Positions 59,737 to 64,000 of a DNA stretch of 64,000 bases are shown here, piece by piece; position 1 is the first letter of the stretch; each line of letters starts with the position of its first letter. The stretch comes from Alphaproteobacteria bacterium (lineage in GTDB: Bacteria > Pseudomonadota > Alphaproteobacteria > JAAEOK01), in contig JAAEOK010000033.1 in the NCBI GenBank assembly GCA_024244705.1, forward strand, positions 20,534-84,533, read 5' to 3'. The translations under genes were made by a program, and so were the position numbers. The notes under the pieces were generated by a model. It did not search any database. It was given only the letters and a program-made list of their open reading frames with translations, and was not told where the DNA came from.

Positions 59737-60327
59737 TCAGCGAACCCGCCGCCGTGGACGACGCGCGCCGAGACCGAGGGCGACGAAGCTCCACCCGCCC
59801 ATGGCCAGATAGAGGCCGATCACCAATCCCAGCACCCAAAGCGCCGCCGCCGGCCAGCGGACCCAGGCCATGACGGCGAGACCGAAGGTCAACAACGCGG
59901 AGAAAATCGCCCACGCCTTTTCGTGTCCGCTGTGGAGCTGGATCGCGAACACCAGCTTGATGACGCCCTCGGCCGACAGGAACGCCGCCAGCAGGAGCGA
60001 GACCATGACGATGTCCTCGGGGCGGAGGATCAGCAACGTGCCGGCGGCGGCCAGGAACACGGTGCCACTGGCCATCTCGGAAAAAGTCGCACGGCCGTAG
60101 CCGTCGCGCAGCGGCAGGATGACCTGGCCCGCGCCGGCCACCGACAGGATGGCGCAAAAAAACAGATCGGCAGGAGGTCGGGCAATCAGTGGCACGCCCA
60201 TGGCGACGAGGCCGAGCGCGATCCAACAAGCGCCCAAGGCAAGAAACCATGCGGTCTTGCCGATCATCGCCTTGGATCGGCGCTTTTTCACGCGCAGCTG
60301 GCGTTTGGGTTTTGCCTTTTCGGCCAT
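59737..60327 (-). CDS. DUF308 family membrane protein (paralogue of the preceding gene)
   Basis: Same repeated-TM architecture (WFLALGACWIALGLVAM...GVIKLVFAI...). Confidence 0.65.
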   Translation of the reverse strand: MAEKAKPKRQLRVKKRRSKAMIGKTAWFLALGACWIALGLVAMGVPLIARPPADLFFCAILSVAGAGQVILPLRDGYGRATFSEMASGTVFLAAAGTLLILRPEDIVMVSLLLAAFLSAEGVIKLVFAIQLHSGHEKAWAIFSALLTFGLAVMAWVRWPAAALWVLGLVIGLYLAMGGWSFVALGLGARRPRRRVR

Positions 60328-60336
60328 CGGCGGGGC

Positions 60337-61878
60337 CTAGAGCACGGCGATGGTGATGACCGCGAGCAGGGCCACCGCCAACCACAACGGCCACAGCAGG
60401 GCGGCCGAATTCCGCCCGCCGCGCAAGGCGCGGACCGATTCGGGATGCAAACGGAGGCCGCCATCGCCGAACATCTGCAGCGCGCGATCGGCCTCGGCGA
60501 GAAAGGCCGGCAACCGCTCGACGGCGCCGCGGAAATCATCGGCGGCGTCGCGCAGCCGCGCTTCGGGGCCCAAATTGTCGCGAATCCAGTCCTCGATCAG
60601 CGGTCGCGCCAGTTCCCACATATTGATCTCCGGATTGAGGCGGCGCCCCATGCCTTCCGCCAATAGCATGGTTTTCTGCAATAGCAATAGTTGTGGCTGG
60701 GTCTCCATTTCGAAGACCTCGGTGACCTCGAACAATTGACCCAACAGCCGGGCCAGCGAAATCTCATGGAGCGGTCGGCCGAGCAACGGTTCGCCGATCG
60801 AGCGGCAGGCTTGGGTGAACGCGTCGACCGATTTGTCCGTCGGCACGTAGCCGGCGCGAAAATGGACCTCGGCCACGCCGCGATAGTCACCGGTCAGGAA
60901 GCCGATCAGCATTTCCGCCAGGAAATACCGGGTCTTTCTGTCGAGCCGGCCCATGATGCCGAAATCGACGGCGACCAGGTTGCCGTCGTCGTCGATGAAC
61001 AGATTGCCCGGGTGCATATCGGCATGGAAGAAGCCGTCGCGGAACACCTGGTTGAAGAACGCCGAGGCCGCCTTCTCGAGGATGGCATCCAGGTCTTGGC
61101 CGGCGGCGACCAGGGCCTCGACGTCGCCGACCGGCGTGCCGGCGATCCGCTCCAGCGTCATGACCCGGCGCGAAGTCCGCGCCCAATCGACCTCGGGGAC
61201 GATGAAATAGGGATCGCCCTCGAAATTTTCCCGCAATTCGCTTGCCGCCGCCGCCTCGTACCGCAGATCCATCTCGAGCGCGACGGTTTCGGCAAACGTC
61301 CGCACGACCTCGACCGGTTTGAGGCGGCGAAACGACGGCTGGGTGCGCTCGACGATCTCGGCGATCCAGTAGAACAGGTCGAGATCGCGACCGAAGGCAT
61401 CCTCGATTCCGGGCCGCAGGATCTTTACCGCGACCTCGCGGCCTTCCGTGGTGATGGCGAAATGGACCTGGGCGATGGACGCCGCCGCGACCGGCACGTC
61501 GTCGAAGGATTCGAAGCACTCCTCGACGGCCATGCCGAGCTCGCGCTCGATCGTGGCGCGCGCCGCGGCGCCGGGGAACGGCGGCAGCCGGTCCTGCAAT
61601 TTGGCCAGATCGGCGGTCATCTGGTCGCCGAGCAGATCGGCCCTCGTGGACATCGCCTGGCCGAGCTTGATGAACGACGGCCCGAGCTCTTCCAACGCCG
61701 CCGCCAGGCGCTCCCCGTCGCGGCCTTTGCTGCGGCCGCGTGATACCAGCCGCGCCGCCAGGCTGACCGCCGGCGCCACGCCGAGCCGGTCGAGCAGAAA
61801 CAGCGCGTCGTGCCGGGCGAGCGTGCGCGCAATCTTGAGCAGACGGCCGATGTGGCGGATCGCGCGAAACATGATCAT
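60337..61878 (-). CDS. ubiB: Ubiquinone biosynthesis regulatory kinase-like protein UbiB (ABC1 family)
   Basis: AAASIAQVH, VAVKILRPGI and FHADMHPGNLF blocks, with a C-terminal TM helix. Confidence 0.92.
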   Translation of the reverse strand: MIMFRAIRHIGRLLKIARTLARHDALFLLDRLGVAPAVSLAARLVSRGRSKGRDGERLAAALEELGPSFIKLGQAMSTRADLLGDQMTADLAKLQDRLPPFPGAAARATIERELGMAVEECFESFDDVPVAAASIAQVHFAITTEGREVAVKILRPGIEDAFGRDLDLFYWIAEIVERTQPSFRRLKPVEVVRTFAETVALEMDLRYEAAAASELRENFEGDPYFIVPEVDWARTSRRVMTLERIAGTPVGDVEALVAAGQDLDAILEKAASAFFNQVFRDGFFHADMHPGNLFIDDDGNLVAVDFGIMGRLDRKTRYFLAEMLIGFLTGDYRGVAEVHFRAGYVPTDKSVDAFTQACRSIGEPLLGRPLHEISLARLLGQLFEVTEVFEMETQPQLLLLQKTMLLAEGMGRRLNPEINMWELARPLIEDWIRDNLGPEARLRDAADDFRGAVERLPAFLAEADRALQMFGDGGLRLHPESVRALRGGRNSAALLWPLWLAVALLAVITIAVL

Positions 61879-61901
61879 GTGCCGGACCGGGTTGGAGCGC
61901 T

Positions 61902-62738
61902 CTAGTCGGCGAGATGGCCCTGAAGCCAGAACGCGCCGGTGACGTCGACATCGGGGTTCAGCTCCAGGCCCTGGCTGAGTTTATGTTTCGCCGCATAGAG
62001 AACGATATCGTAATCGCGGTTGTCGAGCCGCAACGGCGTGACTTGCAACTCGGTAAACGTCCGGCCGCCGAGCTCGCACGATGCGATCTCCTTGACCGGC
62101 GCGTAGAAACTGTAATCGCCGGCCTCCCACTCCTCGATCGGAAACATCATCGCCGCGCCGTCGAGCTCGAGCTTCAGCGGCCCATCGCCGTCCCCGACAT
62201 CGCCGCCGGCGGCCCGGATCATCTGGCGCACCATGCGGCTGCGATCCGGATCGGAGATTTCGACGTAGTCCCGATCCGGGCGCTTTACGTCGTAAGCGAT
62301 GGCGCCGAGACGAAAGGGATAGGTCTGTCCGATTTGATACTTCGCCCGATTGAGCCCGTAGAGGGCGTCGAAGAAGGTGATCCGCGAGCTCCCATCGATG
62401 GTGCCGGAGAGGCGGCCTTCGACGCCGCGGGTGTCCTCGTCGATGTCGGCCAGCGTGACATCATGGACGATGCCGGTGCAGCAGAATGGGTAGGCACTGA
62501 CCAGGGTGTTTTGTTCGGCTTCCTTGTCACGGGCGACCAGGAGCAAATGGCGCAAATCGCCGTCGGCTTCCGACAAATAGATGATTTGGTCGGGCGTGAC
62601 GCCGTTGATCACCCCCGGCGCGCCGGTCCAATCCTCCTCGAGGATAATGTTGAGCGAATTGACGAGTTCGGGCAGTTCCTCGTCGATGAATGTCTTGATG
62701 TCTTCGTAAATGCAGTGCCAATGAGCGCCGTGACCCAT
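61902..62738 (-). CDS. Hypothetical acidic cytoplasmic protein (278 aa) between ubiE and ubiB
   Basis: ATG 62738 lies 1 nt after the ubiE stop. Its own stop is 23 nt before the ubiB start. No recognisable motif. The N-terminal 95 codons in the ORF track overlap ubiE and are rejected. Confidence 0.6.
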   Translation of the reverse strand: MGHGAHWHCIYEDIKTFIDEELPELVNSLNIILEEDWTGAPGVINGVTPDQIIYLSEADGDLRHLLLVARDKEAEQNTLVSAYPFCCTGIVHDVTLADIDEDTRGVEGRLSGTIDGSSRITFFDALYGLNRAKYQIGQTYPFRLGAIAYDVKRPDRDYVEISDPDRSRMVRQMIRAAGGDVGDGDGPLKLELDGAAMMFPIEEWEAGDYSFYAPVKEIASCELGGRTFTELQVTPLRLDNRDYDIVLYAAKHKLSQGLELNPDVDVTGAFWLQGHLAD

Positions 62739-62739
62739 T

Positions 62740-63513
62740 TCACACCCGCCACGCCGAATGGATGGCGGCGATGCCACCCGACAGGTTGCGGAAGCGGACC
62801 TGATCGAGCCCGGCCGCGCCGATCCGCCGGACCAGCTCGTCCTGGGGCGGAAACCGGCGAATACTCTCGACCAGGTACTGGTAGGCGTCGCGATCGCCGG
62901 CGACCCGGCTCCCCAGAGCGGGCAGCCAGCGAAACGAATAGGAATCGTATGCGCGCTCGAGCCAAGGCAGCGAAACGCGGCTGAATTCAAGGCACAGGAA
63001 GCGGCCGCCGGGACGCAGCACACGCCGCGCCTCTTTCAGCGCGGCATCGATCCGGGTCACGTTGCGCAATCCGAAGGCGATGGTGTAGGCGTCGACCGAG
63101 CGGTCGGCGAAAGGCAGCGCTTCCGCATCGCCGGCGATCCAGTCGACACCGCTAAGAACGCCGCGATCGATCGCGCGCCGGCGGCCGGCGGTCAGCATGG
63201 AGGTGTTGATATCGCAGACGGCGACCGCCATGCCCGGGCAACGGCCGACGCAACGCAGAGCGATATCGCCGGTGCCGCCGGCGACATCGAGAAGCTTCAT
63301 GCCGCTATGCGGCCGCAGCCAATCGACGAATGCGGCCTTCCACAACCTATGAACGCCGAGGCTCATCAAGTCGTTCATCAGATCGTAGCGAGCGGCCACG
63401 CTGTCGAAAACAGCGCGCACCATACCGGCTTTGCGGTCGGCCGGAATGTCGCGGAATCCGAAATTCGCTGTCGGATCTGCGATGGGACCTGGGGCCTTCA
63501 TGGGCCGGACCAT
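62740..63513 (-). CDS. ubiE: Ubiquinone/menaquinone biosynthesis C-methyltransferase
   Basis: [24 protein letters not shown] and the SAM motif [12 protein letters not shown]. Start is ATG 63513, or alternatively ATG 63501. Confidence 0.92.
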   Translation of the reverse strand: MVRPMKAPGPIADPTANFGFRDIPADRKAGMVRAVFDSVAARYDLMNDLMSLGVHRLWKAAFVDWLRPHSGMKLLDVAGGTGDIALRCVGRCPGMAVAVCDINTSMLTAGRRRAIDRGVLSGVDWIAGDAEALPFADRSVDAYTIAFGLRNVTRIDAALKEARRVLRPGGRFLCLEFSRVSLPWLERAYDSYSFRWLPALGSRVAGDRDAYQYLVESIRRFPPQDELVRRIGAAGLDQVRFRNLSGGIAAIHSAWRV

Positions 63514-63660
63514 AGCGTGCCGAATGGGCGGAAACCAGCCCTGTCGCATGAGTTGCGGAGGACGATCGAACCACCTCGGTCGAGCTCGTCCGAGGCCGCC
63601 ATTTGCACGCGCCTCGGCACGCGCTATACCTGCGCATTACAAGATCGATCCGTGTCCCCG

Positions 63661-64000
63661 ATGCCCGAACTGCCCGAAGTCGAAACCGTTTGCCGCGGCC
63701 TTGCGAAAGTGCTCGAGGGGCGCCGCCTCACCAATGTCGAGGCGCGCCGGCCGGACCTGCGCATCCCGTTGCCGCAGGACTTTTGCCAACGGCTGACGGG
63801 CAATCGCGTCGTCCGCGTCGGGCGACGGGCGAAATATATGGTCGTCAGCTTCGCCGACGGCGCGGTGCTGATATCCCATCTCGGCATGTCGGGGCGTATG
63901 GTCATCGCCGAGGTCCCGCATCAACCGCCGGGCGCCCACGATCACATTATCTTCACCACCGACGAGGGCGTCGAAATCAGGTTCAACGATGCACGCCGGT
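63661..64000 (+). CDS. mutM: Formamidopyrimidine-DNA glycosylase (3' end outside window)
   Basis: Not in the ORF track because there is no stop within the window. My translation from ATG 63661 gives [38 protein letters not shown]...[11 protein letters not shown]...[11 protein letters not shown], the canonical Fpg N-terminus. Confidence 0.9.
   Translation, partial: MPELPEVETVCRGLAKVLEGRRLTNVEARRPDLRIPLPQDFCQRLTGNRVVRVGRRAKYMVVSFADGAVLISHLGMSGRMVIAEVPHQPPGAHDHIIFTTDEGVEIRFNDARR

Overview
High-GC chromosomal segment (hand-counted sample lines about 65-70% GC) with gene content and order typical of Alphaproteobacteria. It is densely coding, with roughly 65 genes. Most are housekeeping: fetAB, gshB, yraN-rsmI with a divergent lpoA-like gene, hemW-rdgB-rph, hrcA-grpE, dnaK-dnaJ (with a textbook RpoH-type promoter), dapB, nth, dut-coaBC, ubiE/ubiB and mutM. 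I found no rRNA, tRNA or CRISPR array. Two compositionally foreign insertions stand out. (1) A ~1.1 kb low-GC islet (about 1440-2580) carries one gene. It encodes an N-terminal TIR domain fused to a ~190-aa C-terminal domain I cannot recognise, and it sits directly downstream of an orphan antitoxin-like 61-aa gene. This is a candidate single-gene NADase-type defence or toxin module. (2) A ~9.6 kb lower-GC island (9390-19037) is bracketed by ~260-bp imperfect direct repeats of the 3' end of an Asp/Glu-racemase-family gene. It contains gene-fragment scars (an MDR oxidoreductase N-terminus and an IS481-like transposase N-terminus) and no integrase. It encodes five proteins that all begin with signal-peptide-like segments: two VWA/MIDAS proteins (one fused to an HExxH gluzincin-like protease, one to a lectin-like domain), a double PPC-domain protein and two unknowns. 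I cannot assign this module to any described system. Two further points are worth a look. A TetR-linked catabolic cluster contains a 1012-aa kinase/M23/class-III-aminotransferase fusion next to a gamma-butyrobetaine-hydroxylase-like dioxygenase. An unknown gene is wedged between ubiE and ubiB. Many long ORFs in the track are antisense or out-of-frame GC artefacts and were rejected.
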